Positions 12,336 to 26,529 of a stretch of 64,000 nucleotides of DNA are shown here, piece by piece. Made by a program: the position numbers and the translations under genes. Under the pieces are notes generated by a model. That model worked only from the letters and a program-made list of their open reading frames with translations. It ran no database searches and had not been told where the DNA came from. The first letter of the stretch is position 1, and each line of letters starts with the position of its first letter. This stretch comes from Haliotis rubra (taxonomy: Eukaryota), in contig NW_025765891.1 in assembly GCF_003918875.1 (NCBI RefSeq), positions 3,596,001 to 3,660,000 on the forward strand, written 5' to 3'.

Positions 12336-15300
12336 CATACTATGAAATATGTAGTTTGAGCAATATTTTATTTCCTTGAATGAAAACCTGGTTTGGTCAA
12401 CAGCCATGCTGCCTTTAAGAGGCCCCGGGATTATGTCGGCATGTTCATCGTCACAAATGGTTGCATGGTATCACTCCACCAACAGTTTCAAATTATTGCA
12501 CCTCTTCTAAACAGTCCAAAATGTAATCAAGGAAGCTACATGATTCACGGTTTGTTGAGCCATATTTTTATGAACAGTGCTGTACTTATCATTTTGCTTT
12601 TTACGCCCAGTGGAATCTATTCTTGCAGATGCTGATTATTCTCCAACGCTGCCTCAGGAGATAGACACAATTACTGGAATGTTGAATCGTACACCTGAGA
12701 CGTTACCACCCGTTTTACTTCAACTTTAAATATATTTGTATTTAAATATATACTTTATCTGGAGATAATATCGTAATAAGAATTTCATATATGGTCTGTT
12801 TGCAACAATACAGTGTGCTTGTGAAGTTATAATACAATCGGAATCGAACCACGAATGGTTTTTATATTTATACTGTGCACATAGAACCATGAGGTATTAC
12901 ATACGTAATAAATACGAGCATTTGTGCGCTGCCATGGAGATGTATAGTTCATCTGCTGTAAATCAAAAAATGTTAGGGACAAAATTTTCCCAGATCATAC
13001 AAACTGCTCGAAACAGAGTCTATTGTACGATTCCAACTTTATCATATCAAGCATATGTTTTGGAATCACGATCCAATTGTCGTGAAACAAGGTGCCCGCG
13101 ACAGGATGGCCCATCGCTGGCACATATCACAAACACATGCAAAGGCAGGGCACTTTTTCACTCGAACAATAACGCATGGCAGTATATGGAAAATGTCCTA
13201 AATAGGGACTCGTACATTGTTTGGTAGGATACATGTTTTGACAGAAGAGGTAATTTAGTCGAAGTACATGCATTTAGAAAGATGATATATAAACCGGTCA
13301 ATGTTGCACGGATCATCACATATTGTATAATATTGCATAAACCATCAAATTAATCAGTTAACCGAGTCAATTCAAATATTGTCTGATCAACTGTGGTATT
13401 AGGAATCGGAGATGAATGTTAAATAACCCGTAAACAATATTTCAACCATATCTTAATCCATAAGAACATATGCGTTTGATACAATGAAAAAGTCATAATG
13501 TTTCAGATGTAAATATAATTTTATATATAAATTTTGAAAATGTTGTATTCCTCAAACGAACTTTACACACTGTTCGTGTATCCTCTTTTAATATGAAAAG
13601 TCAGCTCATATAACCAGTCTCAATTGTTCGCCGACACAGATTCCATCTGGCGTGAAAGGCAAAACTGCGCGGAAAATTACATGGACCGATCACTGAAGAT
13701 GTCACTGATGACACAAAGTGCTCGTGTAAAAAGCTCGAGTACGCATGCCCTGCCTTACCTGTAGGATCCTATATAACTTACCTCGAATAAAGCCTAAGCA
13801 CAATTTCATGAAAAATATTAGAATTATAAGAAGATGTGTGGTCGACGTAAAATACTATATGCGGTATGGCGGCAAAAGATAACAAAAATTGAAATGTCAT
13901 ATTCCTGATAAACGTTTGATGGTGATTTCACATAAAGCATCATTCTTGACGAAATTACAAACTATTTATAATGTAAGTCCAAGTGGACTATTCAATCCCA
14001 GTGTTATCTGCCTCCAGTACCTAAACCTGTCCCTTGGTTCTCATATAGCAGTCACAGGGAAATCAAACCCCAGTCAACACCAAGCCACCACTGCTGAGAG
14101 GGAAATACAGATTTCACCTGGTTTCAAAGCAACATTTTTAACCACCCTTTGTAAATCATCAAAGGTAATTACGCAGTCGTTAGTTTATTGATTTTGACGA
14201 TTGTTGATCTAATGCAAGTTGAGAGTTCGCTAGCCCCCTCAACCTCTATTCAACGCGCGCCTGCACCAGCTGTTGAAGTGGATGTACGCTTTTTTTCATT
14301 TGCTGAAAACCAACTTGGATAACGAATTAATTCAATTAACTTTTACGATTTTTAATGAGCCGTTTAAATCGTTTTCTGGGAAAAATGTTGAAGAAACAAA
14401 AGTCCATATAAATGGTTAAATGATAAATTACTACTTTTGAGATAATTCTATAATAAGGTATTCATTCCTATAGAATAGAAAAAAAGGTATTGTGTACAGT
14501 TCTTATTCATCCGGTCAGAAATGATAAGACGAACTTCCTGATTTTTTTTCCGAAAAACGTTTCACAGCTACTTGGGCCTTAACACCAAATGGAATCTGTT
14601 TCTGAGGATAGTCAAGATTGGGTATTATTTGGCACTGGTGTTTTATATCTTCCTGTCATGCATGTGACAGTGTCATACATGTAATGTGCACTTAACACAT
14701 CTCATGACTATGCACCCGCTTCACAAAGCGTAAACGAACTGGACAGGTGAGAATATTTCCCCTAAAACGAAGTTCCCAGAAAGTATCATTTCTGAATAAC
14801 AATTAAATCTGTGATCTTGATGTACAAGCAATTTGTGTACATTTTCCCCAATGAGATAATAAAATTCAGTGCAATCATCAGTCCCGCTATATGAACATAT
14901 ATATCACTTTATACCAAACATTTAATCAAATGTTTCAATTATGCAACATAGGGATATAGCATTAGAGTAAATGATCGAATAGTCATGACTTTACTTAAAA
15001 CAAAATACCCACATTTACTTACAAAAATGTATGTTACATAGATTTTTCATGTCCAGAAAGCACAGCAGATTCGAAATAAAATACTTAACATCCCATTGTC
15101 TGATTGGCATTTTAGAAGTAAATGAATAAAATAAAGTAAACAAACAACTTCATGGATAACAACTTTTTGTTTTTACTACATAAAGCTTAAATTTTTTACG
15201 CTCACTTTTCTCATTTGGCTGATAAGAGGCTGAGTTAAACGGAGAATAATCCAGATGGGTTGGAGAAAGAACACCTTTATAATGAATGTCTCACATAAAT

Positions 15301-16248
15301 ACACTGTAATACAACATCGAGCTCCGTGGAAATGGCTTCTGTGACATAATCGTCATCTGTAAACACACTGTCTTTGGGAAAATGGATATTCTTGTGTGCG
15401 ATATATGTTTTAAATGTTACAAAAAATGTGTTTCTGAAAGCTGTGACTATTATTTGAGCTTTTGTGAACTTGGTAAATATGGAAATATATCATTGAAAGT
15501 ATAGGTTCCACATTGTGGAACTGGATCCCTAACTCGTTTGTAGAGCTCCGAATAGCAATATTTTCTGTGTTGTATGTCTCAGTGTACTAATATCATGCTT
15601 CTTGTAGCTGAGATAATACCTAACAGGAGTACTGTCAATCAAGTGTATATTACACTTATACCATAGCAGCTCCTGAGTACACAATTAGTGAATAATATTT
15701 CAGTTCAATCTACCATGTACACGACTATCCCAAAAGAAAAATCTCATTAATACAACAATTTTAGACAAAATCTCGAATAAACATTACTTTTAATGAGTAT
15801 CATAATGGTACTTTAAAAAGTAACATCGTGACAAATCAGTATGATTTATGTTAAAAAAACAAACAATTAAAAATATTTGTTAATCACATGCTCGTTATAA
15901 CATATTAAGTAATTGTTCCCATAGTATCCATATTGAATTATTATATATAAACGAGACTTATGCATACGATGTAAACGTATGTATAGTACTATCTCTAAAG
16001 TTGACTGCAAGGAGGCGTTAATGTGTATGATACTAATTGTTACGCAAATTTACTATTCGGAAATGAAAACAAAATACGGGCATGTGATGCATTGTTCTAT
16101 TTTATCCCTTCCCAACTGTGACTGTAAACTTTGAATAATCAGCAACTCATGAATTGTATCGCTTATAATTATTAATTTACGATTAAACTCGTTCATATGT
16201 ATTAAATCCATTGATAAGATTATCCGAATTCATTGAATTTTGTCCTAC

Positions 16249-16393
16249 CTTTGACGGTGAGCTTCTGGCAATATGTTGGGTACGTCCCCGCAACGTGTGC
16301 AGTGCCGTTGGTGCCGACGTTCATGGTGCGGCCCCACTGTGACTGACCACTGTCCATCATCACGGCAGAGGAGACGCGAGAGTCCAGTCGCAT
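16249..16393 (-). CDS. Vax: Vax homeobox protein, first coding exon
   Basis: MRLDSRV...TYCQKLTVK + G|gtagga. The phase-1 donor joins exon 2 to give YCQKLTVKDPNG, equivalent to vertebrate Vax YCRRILVRDAKG. The start ATG is uncertain because there are further in-frame Met codons. Confidence 0.85.
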
Positions 16394-19300
16394 GCATAAA
16401 ATGACCTCCTTAATTTGGTTCCACCTTACACCTGCAATTGTCAATTTGTCACTTTCTTGTCACAAGGGCTATCTGTGAATGTTGACAGCGGCAGGTATCC
16501 CAGGATGCTTGTGATAACTGCCAATCTTCCCCGTGTTATAGCATGGCACACTGAGACTATTTGTCAAATCGTCAACACCTCATCTGCCAACAACTTTGGA
16601 AGCGCTTTGTCGTCGTTGTCGACGTCGCTATAAACAACGTTACGTCTATCAGCTGTTGACGAGGGAGAGGAGGGAGGTGTCTTTTGGTGGATTTTCGCGA
16701 TGCAGTGGAGAAATGACGGTAACAGGCCACTCTTTAATACAACCGTGTACAATAGGCCAGCGGGGCACCTCCACAATAGAGCGATTGGCTCGACTCAATG
16801 TTAAGTGTTTGGACGTAAAAGAGGAATCTTTGAATGGAATAAATAACAATAGCTAGTTTTACGTTTTGATTAGAGAAGGCAAGGAGGGTCCCCCATGCCG
16901 AGTCTATCAACGTTTAAGCTATTCTAAGCCACGTGACATATCCTCAAATTTTTACCTTCAGATTCTAACTTTGAAAACATGCATTTTAACTGAACGATTT
17001 TTCACATCAAAATTGAGAAGATTTCAGAGTAAATATTTGATGTCATGACATTACCTACATACGAGTCACTGACAATGAACTATCTTACTTTGACATCTTC
17101 ATAGGATTCAGACAGTTTATTCTCTTTATTTCATGAATGTTGTCGTTGGTGCATGGTTTCCGACTGACTGGCCTTGAACAAAACAGTCCGCTCTGAGCAC
17201 CATTGATACGATCTCGGTGTGTCACGACTGCCAACGCGCTATTCTACGAGAGTACACACCGGAACCGTTTTGACACAGCGCGACAGTGACGAGACGGTAT
17301 ATTTAGGCCGGTACGGGTAGAAAACAAGATTTACCAGCACGAATAAAACTTTCACTGATTATATCACATCTTCGTCTCTGCTTGCTTTTGCTGAAGAGAC
17401 GGTAATTGCTAAAGGGAGACCACTGGGTTGATCTACCGCGCGATGTTGATGCTAGGATTAGTGGCGCGACTGTCTTGCGATAAGATCGAATGTCGGCAAG
17501 TGACAGACATACAATGGTAGATAGCAGAGATAGGCACAGGGTGCATTCATCCACAATCTCCATGCTGACATCTGCTAAAGAGATAATCACTTTTCATATA
17601 TTCATATGTGACATCAGTTAGCGTGTCCCGTATTGTGACAAACCAGTTTACTGAATTATGGAGTGGTTTTACGATTACCTGACTCCACCAACTGAAACAG
17701 ATTCACCAAGAATGGTCATAAATGGACTGACTCAGCATGGCCTGTGTCCAGGTACGACGACAGGACACTTTCCATTCACACACTGATCTTAATTCGAGGC
17801 AGGTGATGTAAGATTACATTAATAATCTTAAACTGCAAAAGAAATTCATTTTGAATTGAACAATAAGCTACATTGTAATGGGTCATGTTTCAGTTCCAAT
17901 ACCGCTCAGCGATCCCGTCACTTGGATAGCAAGAGACCGCTAACCATGGTTTTCTTGGGAACATTCGTTCGTGTCTTTGGTCGTACATACTCGTGCTCAC
18001 CGTGCGTACAAAATAGAAGCTCTGCTTCCTAATATATGTGCCATGACGCCTTTAGCGAATTTCCATGATATCTAACCCCAAACAGATATTGCAGACCCGT
18101 TTGTAGACAACTAGACAGCAGTGAGCTGGTTCTACCATAGTGTGAATGCAGTTTCTACCCAGCGTTTTCAAGAAGTGTTTCCAATATACTTATCTAGTGC
18201 TGAGCTTGTTTCAGCAGCAGGGGGTTCAACTGTCGGGCAGACGTACGGTGTCTGCCTTGCAGTTACCAAAATTGAAACATGTATTTTACGGATTGTAACA
18301 GTTCATTGAACAGAAACGATGTATCGACCATTTTAATTTCAAAGGCATTACGTATAACATGCACTAAAACATCTATAGGTTTGTTGGCCGGAGACTTTGT
18401 GACTCCTGTATTCTTCACACAGTCAACCCTCATTGCTGAACTGTTCTCACGCTTTATGTTTGGATGCGATTGTCGTCATTTGTATTGCCAGTAGTGACAT
18501 CAGTGAGTAACAATCCTGCAGCGGTGACTATGGTCGTACGTAAATCGGAACGAATGGCCTTCTGTATCACTGTATCCACATGTAAATGAATGTACGTTGG
18601 TTGTCAGATTGGCTATCCTCTGGGACCCTGTTCCATGCTACATCGGCTGTAGAGTTGAACAACGTCACAACCCCACAACTGGAAACGCTATTGGCTTTCC
18701 AAAGACCAAGAATCACCTGTGCTACGATGTTCGAAATGTTCAATGTTCACACCATTTCCTATGCTGCCTTGTCATTGAGTCTGTCAAAATTGTTATTTGG
18801 GCAATTTTAAGTCATAGTTTACGTCTGCCCGACCTAGGTATCTGTCATACATGTTCCATATAAAACACATTCATAATTTATAGGACCATGAACGTATTTG
18901 CTGATGTGGTTATTGTTTAGGCGTTTTCGAAGTCGTATGATGCACCCGGTATTGTCGTCTCGACGTTGGGAGTTGAGGCAGAGGCGGGAAATCGACGGCA
19001 CTGGCGCAGCTAGTGCGCTCTATAGACTAACAACTGGTCTCTGAAATGAACATATTTTACAGAAGAAAAAATTTTAAAATTATAAATATAATAAAAAGGA
19101 GCCCAGAGACATTCTTTATTAAGCTGTGGCTATGTAGACTTTGCCACATAATCTAGAATTGCATGGGTTGGATATATTTGCTTCAGGGTTTGTATGACAG
19201 ACTATGTGCTCTACACCATCAGGCGAATAGCTTCAGAAACAAGCGACGATGTGTTGAGTTGACAACACGCCTCTGTTTACACCTTAAGTTACACTGTATT

Positions 19301-20903
19301 AAATGGTTTGGAGACATATTCAGTTACATGGCGGTTCTTACATGACAATGACAATTTACATCATGCAAATAAATATTACCTGAGTGAAAGAGTCCAAATA
19401 ATGAAAGACGGCGGTATCAGTTTTAGGAAGGTCCATCAACGTTTCACCCCCTGACCCATGGTCTCCCATCAGGGTGCCGTCACATACATACCTCACACCT
19501 GTTGTATGAAGACATACGCTGTAAGTACCGCCCGTAGTGTTGGTTGGTTCAGGGAGCGCCGCGATCAAAGGGGCTTGTGGTTGAAACACTACCCGGGGTG
19601 GCCACAGTAGAGGTGTCTGGTGCGACAAGCGTCGCAGGGTGACCACACGAGGGGTGTTCGGTGCGACACACTACCCGCTTATCACATGCTGAGTTTCTTT
19701 CAGTACTTCTAATGTTTAATCACTGTGTGCATATACATGGCGTGAAGTCTCCATACCATTGCCAGGTGGTGTATGGTAACATGGAGGTATTGTGGTCCAT
19801 CAGACGCAACGCCATTATAAATTATATATGATGAAGGAGAAAGAAACAACCCAGACACGTTATGTACGAATTACTAATTCATACACGCGTGCTTTTACAG
19901 AGACGGAACAGTGAGCTGGACCCGGCTGTAGGCAGATAGTTCTCATGATTCTGGAAATGTTTCAATTTAGTTATAAATGTTGCCAGTTGTAGTGCTATCA
20001 GTATAGGAGTAAAGGACCCTACAGTCACTCATAAGCAAGGCATTTGACGTTTCCTGCAAACGCTTGTCCTCGCTTTGGAAACAGAGGAGTATTTGTGTTA
20101 TATTCAAGTTAAAATTACGACGAGACATGTATTGCTGAAACTGAAAGTTCTTGGACATATTTAAGATAATTTCTGTTTTGTTCGTTTTTGTCAATTAGGA
20201 TTATGTAAACATACTGTTATGTATATAGTGAACACTTCTAAGCCGACTAATGAAAACCTCATCCATATATGCGGCCATCCCGCTGGTGAATGTGAGCAGA
20301 GTGTTCGTGACCACACCCTGCGTGGACGACATAACACAGTCTCAACATGGACTAATATTGGCCCATTACAAAGAACGAATGGTTGGTACTTTCAAATGGC
20401 AATGCATGTCTCACTTTGTACTGATCACTTCTGGTCTTCCTAATGATTATCACTTTAACAAATGTCCACAAGTAGTCCATTTACAGAACTGTTAGCACTG
20501 TTGTCATGGAGTGTAAGATCGTCGTAACGCAAAGATCGTTTTGTGCAAGCGAAACCTGATAGGCACATATCTCAGCATGAAATTATGGATTTTCTGGGTT
20601 GGAACTACACGACTTAATAATTAGAAAGTTAACGTCCTGTGACTGGTAACACTGACTTGCACACATTCCAGACTTCTTTGTTATGACTGATTATCCAAAT
20701 CTATATGTAATGTACAGGTGAATACTGTACAGTGAGCGGCACAATATACATACATATAACAAGTTGGACTACAGATGATTCATCAAAGAAGGGTGAGTTG
20801 TACATATTCATGGGTAATGACAAGTCGAAGAATATTTAGTAAGTATGTGCTTATTGGCTCACGAGAAAACACAATAATTATGTGGTTAATTAATGAATGC
20901 ATA

Positions 20904-20905
<2 letters not shown>

Positions 20906-20956
<51 letters not shown>
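20906..20956. repeat. (CT)n microsatellite
   Basis: ~25 perfect dinucleotide units. Confidence 0.98.
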
Positions 20957-20960
<4 letters not shown>

Positions 20961-22812
20961 ACACGCGAGGATATTGCTGTGCATTATCGGGAAACAAAGA
21001 AGAAGAAAATAAACACTTACAAATATTATGCATCGTGTGAGAGGTAGGTGATCTGGTTGGCCAGGAAATGTTATAACGGTAGCTACGCCTGTGTTCGCGA
21101 AAACCCGGTGTCATCCCTGTGTGAGTGGTAGGTGTGTTTACCCTTTAGACATACACATTTTGACATTACTCATTTTCAGCGATCTTTTATATAATTTCCA
21201 TCGTTAATGTGCCTTTAATACCCAGTGGAATCTCTTTCGGCGGATACTCCAGCCTGATTATGATCTGGAGTTGTAATTTTCGATGTCAGTTGTTGTTCTT
21301 ATAGTGGTTATGCTATTCGTTATGATGTACATATACGTACGTACCGGGTTCGTTAGTCCGATAACCATTTGGGTAGGTATTACCCGTACAACGTGTCCAA
21401 TTTATAGCAGGTGAGTGTGTGAGCCGGTTGATCGTCATGTAATGTGCCCAGAATATCACACAAGACATCCGGACAGGTTTAAAATATTGTATCCATGTGG
21501 GGAATCGAACTCGAACCGTTGGCATGACGGTTTTACAGATTAACCACTAAAATAAGATCACATAACAATATGACGATAGTATTAAATAATGTGAGGAATA
21601 TAAGGATTAAAGCATGCAGGGTTTATACATGAGTGGTTTTTCAAGTCCTGTTTAAGACTACTGACGTTAATTATCTTTGATACTGTACCACTTCGTGTAA
21701 ACAGAAACTAAACGTGTATCGAATATAAAAAAGTTTAAGGCTTCCAGTTTATCACCTTGTTAAATTGCCTAAATTAATCCACAGTCAACCAAGCCGCAGT
21801 GTATCACAGATGGGTGACGGCTTCTCTGCGTAATGCTGTGACGTAATTGCACGAGACAGATGCTCAACGTCAGTGTCGATGGCCACGTTATGCGAGGAAA
21901 TGTGTAACATGTCTCCTCAACCACGATGTAGTTGTGTAATTGTCCATGACCGGAGAGGGTAGGGAGTGTTCGTCATCCCCCTCTATATTTAGCCAATTTG
22001 CCTAGCCCTAAACAGTAATTATACGGTCACAATAACACGATTTATTGAGAACAATGATTTCTCCCCGAGAGGACTCGTGTGCTTAATTCAGCGTTCAGAA
22101 TGACGGAAATTAAAGGTTTCATCGTCGTCAAATGGGCACCTGATCTGCATCGGTAATGTCATAGTTATTTCTCGCCATGTTCCGCCCCGCCCCCAACCCC
22201 CGGGCATGTCAGACGGAGGGGTCGGGGCAGCGGGACTGATCCCTTTGCGATGGCTTAATAACGTTGATTATTCCATCATCGCGTCACAGAGGGGTTCCGA
22301 CTGGTCAATCAAAGTGATCGAGAAAGAATACAGAGTTAATGAGACCCCCCAAAGGTTCTGCAAATATTCAGACAATGACTCCTTTGGAAAGAATCTGCTC
22401 GAATTAGTCGGACCGAGACTATTACAAACAAACAATTGGTAAAGGGCTTCGCCTGAAGTGGGCGCAGTGCGACATGCACCATTCCGGCGAGATTTTGCGA
22501 CATGCCGTACCCCGGTGAGGCTTTGTTGTCAGAGCAACACCTGTTCCGGTGAACGGTTCGAAGAAAAGAAACTGTTTCAATATTGCCTTATTTTCAAATC
22601 AATATTTATTTTCTGATATCAATATGACGATAGTGGTTTATATTAAAGGTTAAGAGAAGTTCATGAAGCCTGCTAAAATAATGATATGGCAGTAAAAAGA
22701 TGTCAACGCTCTTAGGCAATAGCAACAAAGGGCACTTTGCTGGACTGAATCGTTTATTCATCGTTCACACTTCACTGATAACATTTACGAAAACAGATCA
22801 TCAATTTTCAAA

Positions 22813-24195
22813 TTAAGGAAGATTGTTGTTTGACAAGTTTCGTATACCCTCTATTTTTTTAATTTTTCTGAATGCATTGATATATTTCTCAAAAATAACA
22901 GATCCATATTTGTCGAACAACAACGTGTCATTTATCATTTCGCGCTGTAATTTCAACTTCCGCTCCTTGCGAATGTTTTTTTTCTGTCGATAGTGATGAA
23001 TAAATGCTTTGTCCGGGGAGACATGGTCGACACGATATTTGGCAACGTCGGGCCATGGCCGACTTACATGATGAATCCCCATCTCGAAGACCTTTGATGG
23101 TTCAACCATCACTTTCCTCGATGTAGTCGGTCTTGGAGGAGTTGCCCGCCTCCCCAGAGCATTAAACACTGTCATCCTGAGTTTGGAAACGTTGTACAGC
23201 TTGTTTATATTGAACAGGATTCGTTCGAAACTTATACCGCACAGTTCAGGTGTGTAGAGATTCGTTGTTAAATCCTTCCACGACATTATATCCGGGTCAC
23301 GCGGAACTAGAAATTCGTCAAGATCATTGAAAATGATGTATTTTGTTGAAAACATATGCCTGTACAGACAGTCATTCGCAGCAATGGATTGTCCATGATA
23401 CCAAATGTTTTGTTTGCGATTGGTGGTAACTGAATTGAATGGTATCTTCCATGGATACACAGACACGAGACCAATTGACTTGTAATAGTTCAAAGTGGCC
23501 TGCAAATCTTGCTGAGTGTCGAGATTATAGAAAACAAAATGATTAGCTCCAAGGATACGTGAGACTTCAACAAATTGAACAATATCATGAACGGTGAGAC
23601 TGCCGAATAATGGCGGAACGCAAACAGTGAAATCAAATCGTGGCTCCTTTATTCGGCTTCCTGTGCCCAGCACAGACATATCTACACTAGGCGCTGACCA
23701 AATATCCTCTGATAAACCCACACGCACATGGCGCGGTTGTCTCCCTTGAACGGCGTACACTTCCGGTACAACGCAAGACCATATCCATCCTGCAAAATTA
23801 TAATTATGACTCTCACACATTTCATAATCAGTCACACTGGTCACGTGATGTATCGTTACCCCACGTGCAACATCTGAAACAAAATGGCACCAAAGTTTAG
23901 TTCTGTTCTTCCTACGATTATTAATTCCCAACAAACGTATAAACGGTCTGTCAAGTCTTCCGTCAAAGAAGGCTGAATAGAGAAAAACGTCCTCTGTCAA
24001 TTTGACGTACACAGTTGTCGGTCGTGGGTTGACCGGATCAGCGGCACAGTTGCCTGTCAGCTGGGAGGGTGACCGACCTGGGTAGCCTTTCTGTCCGCTG
24101 TGATCCTGTGTATGGTGATACAGTATAAAACATGCCGTAACATACAGTATAGTTCCCAAGCCAAGGCAACCTCGGATTCCAGTCCTTCGCATCAT
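22813..24195 (-). CDS. Glycosyltransferase family 92 (DUF23, galt-1-like), paralogue A
   Basis: Uninterrupted ORF with first ATG at 24195 (the ORF track start is TTG). N-terminal TM helix, then VCVPPLFG, GANHFVFY, GQSIAANDCLYR, DxD in FNDLDEFLVP, and HHYR. Confidence 0.9.
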   Translation of the reverse strand: MMRRTGIRGCLGLGTILYVTACFILYHHTQDHSGQKGYPGRSPSQLTGNCAADPVNPRPTTVYVKLTEDVFLYSAFFDGRLDRPFIRLLGINNRRKNRTKLWCHFVSDVARGVTIHHVTSVTDYEMCESHNYNFAGWIWSCVVPEVYAVQGRQPRHVRVGLSEDIWSAPSVDMSVLGTGSRIKEPRFDFTVCVPPLFGSLTVHDIVQFVEVSRILGANHFVFYNLDTQQDLQATLNYYKSIGLVSVYPWKIPFNSVTTNRKQNIWYHGQSIAANDCLYRHMFSTKYIIFNDLDEFLVPRDPDIMSWKDLTTNLYTPELCGISFERILFNINKLYNVSKLRMTVFNALGRRATPPRPTTSRKVMVEPSKVFEMGIHHVSRPWPDVAKYRVDHVSPDKAFIHHYRQKKNIRKERKLKLQREMINDTLLFDKYGSVIFEKYINAFRKIKKIEGIRNLSNNNLP

Positions 24196-25852
24196 GTCTG
24201 CTCTCAAATCCGCAGTTTCGATCAACCGACAGCGTAAACATAGACTTTTTCGTAATACTACATTAACCAAATGTCACACACAATGGCTCCGCTTTCCGCG
24301 TTCCTTCAACATGCTGCGAATCAAGATGGTCCTCGTCTATAATGTTCATACACAACCAAGAAACAGTTTTCAAAGTAGCGCTTAACGGAATGGTATCAAA
24401 TACGAATTATGATATCGAACAAGCAATTATTAAGTATTACGCTCGTTTTATGTCGTTCATGAAGAAGCTGGGAGACAGAACATCTGTTGCTGTATGAACA
24501 TATATTATGTTGGTTTGAATAAAAACTGGGTTTCTGATCATGTAGCTATCGATGGCAATGGAATGAACCCATGCTGACATTACATCGCCGGCTTTTACGA
24601 CAACCATTCATACAGTATGCATTGTTGTCATTCGCCAGCTTGTAACTACGCTAACTCAGTGTTACGATGTAAATAACTAAAAGTATAACGGACAATGATT
24701 ACCGAGCTTATAGACTGTGTGAGATTGTGTCTCAGTTTCGCATCCGTCGCTCATTACAACATCCAGAACTGGAGCGAGACCAGGGACACCTCACCGAGGG
24801 AAGACACATCCTTTCGTAGGTCTACAAGTCGTTAACAGAACCAGGAATCATCTTCCATCATATTGTGTTTTGAAGTGGTTATCCTTTTTATATTACAACT
24901 GGGAGTAACAAATATGTATTATTCTCGACAAAGGCTCATATAAGAACATGTCACACTAATACGGCCACCTACATCTCTATGCACAGACAATTGTATTATT
25001 TTAGCGAGCATGTTTAATTTTTTTCTTGGCTCGTTTTATTCTTTTGTGAAAATGTCATTTCAAATTTATAAAAATAGAAATTTATAAATCACGAACTACA
25101 AAATAGCTATGTAACCATTTTCTTCTTATTTTGGAATCTTATTCTTCACAAGTATAAATGCTAGAGAGTGTTATTAAATGACGCCGTTTTGCCCAAACGT
25201 TGCCTTGTTGCCTAGCGTCGTCAAAGTGTGAGCGACTTCAATTGTGGAGACGGAATTGCTTCGCTTGTACACTAAGATACGTTACCCTCCTACTTTATGA
25301 AAACTATCAAAGATATGTTAGAATTCGAAGGTATTAGTTTACAAGAAAGCTTAACAACGAAGCTTTATGCACATCACGAAAATAATTCTCAAATGCAATC
25401 ATAATTAGGTGAAATGCATCTCTTCTTCTATTTTCGACCATGCCGAAATAAACCAATAACAGTGATTTGGATGTCAAAAAGAAAGGTTGAATAAAACTCT
25501 GCTTAGATACAAAGGTAAACCATTCAAAGTCACCATTTCTCATCTAATAGATAGAACTGTTGTAGGGGATGTAAAATTGGAAAAGAATCATTCCTATCTT
25601 TTAATACATTTTCTGCTAATTTGCATTAGTGAAAACAAGTACAACGTGTCTTTGATATTGTGCAAAAGTGTTTTTAAACACCTAAAATTATCTTTGTTAA
25701 CATTTTTTCATTTTCTGTGTACACATAGCAATATCAATCGCCAAAACGCAGCAATATTCAAGCAGTATCTGCATCCATTTCACATGTAGAATGATTCTAT
25801 AGGGTATGAAGAGAGTCTAGAATGCATGATATGATACACAAGTACGAGAAAT

Positions 25853-26068
25853 ATGCCACGATTAACAGCTGAAGAGAGAGAAAGAGCCATTGGGATGGTG
25901 CAGATGGGGTCGACATACAATGCTGTTGCCAACGCCCTCGGATGCCACCGTATCACGGTTATAAGACTTTTTCAGCGCTACAGACAGACTGGGGTTACCG
26001 TAGAGAGACCAAGAAGGGGACGTCCACGCATCACAATGCAGCAGAAAGTGTCATCCTCACTTGAGTAG
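25853..26068 (+). mobile_element. Tc1/mariner transposase N-terminal (paired-like HTH) fragment
   Basis: MPRLTAEERERAIGM...VANALGCHRITVIRL..RYRQTG..ERPRRGRPRIT, including the GRPR motif. No DDE domain follows. Confidence 0.85.
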
Positions 26069-26529
26069 ATTTTAAGAAATTCATTAAAGAAGGAGGGTAA
26101 CGTTTCTTTTGGCGTTTAGCGAATGTAGTGCCACTAACCGGAAGACGAACAAAAGCGACACCTTAACAGTTTAGACTATACATTATTATATACATTGCTG
26201 TACTGAAGTACTGACATATGAACTCAAAACCTCAACACTAGAGCATAATCAGTCTCGATGATTTACCGAAAGATATTCCAAGAGGCATAAAAAGCAAAGT
26301 AAGAGAGAAAGATGTGTTAATAGATCATAGGGTAATGCCACCATGTGTATAGAAGGGGCAAGCACATCTTGCAGCAGTCGCCACTCTCACAAGTTTCGCC
26401 CTTGTGTTGAACTGATCTGTGACCTTCACGCCAGCACTCGTGATTTTGTGGTAGACATGTGCAGGACATTTCTAAATTTGACGCAACGCAACACAAAAAT
26501 AATGTCCCTTGTAAGTTCCTATTTTCACT

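Noticed and set aside
19356-19646. Possible extra upstream Vax exon (MGDHGSGG..DSFTQ|gtaata)
   Set aside because: The phase-0 donor does not match the candidate acceptors upstream of Vax exon 1, and there is no recognisable homology. It cannot be supported without RNA data.
24196-24270. N-terminal extensions of GT92-A and GT92-C (62116-62181) in the ORF track
   Set aside because: They rely on TTG/GTG starts. The first ATGs give normal short cytosolic tails before the TM helix.
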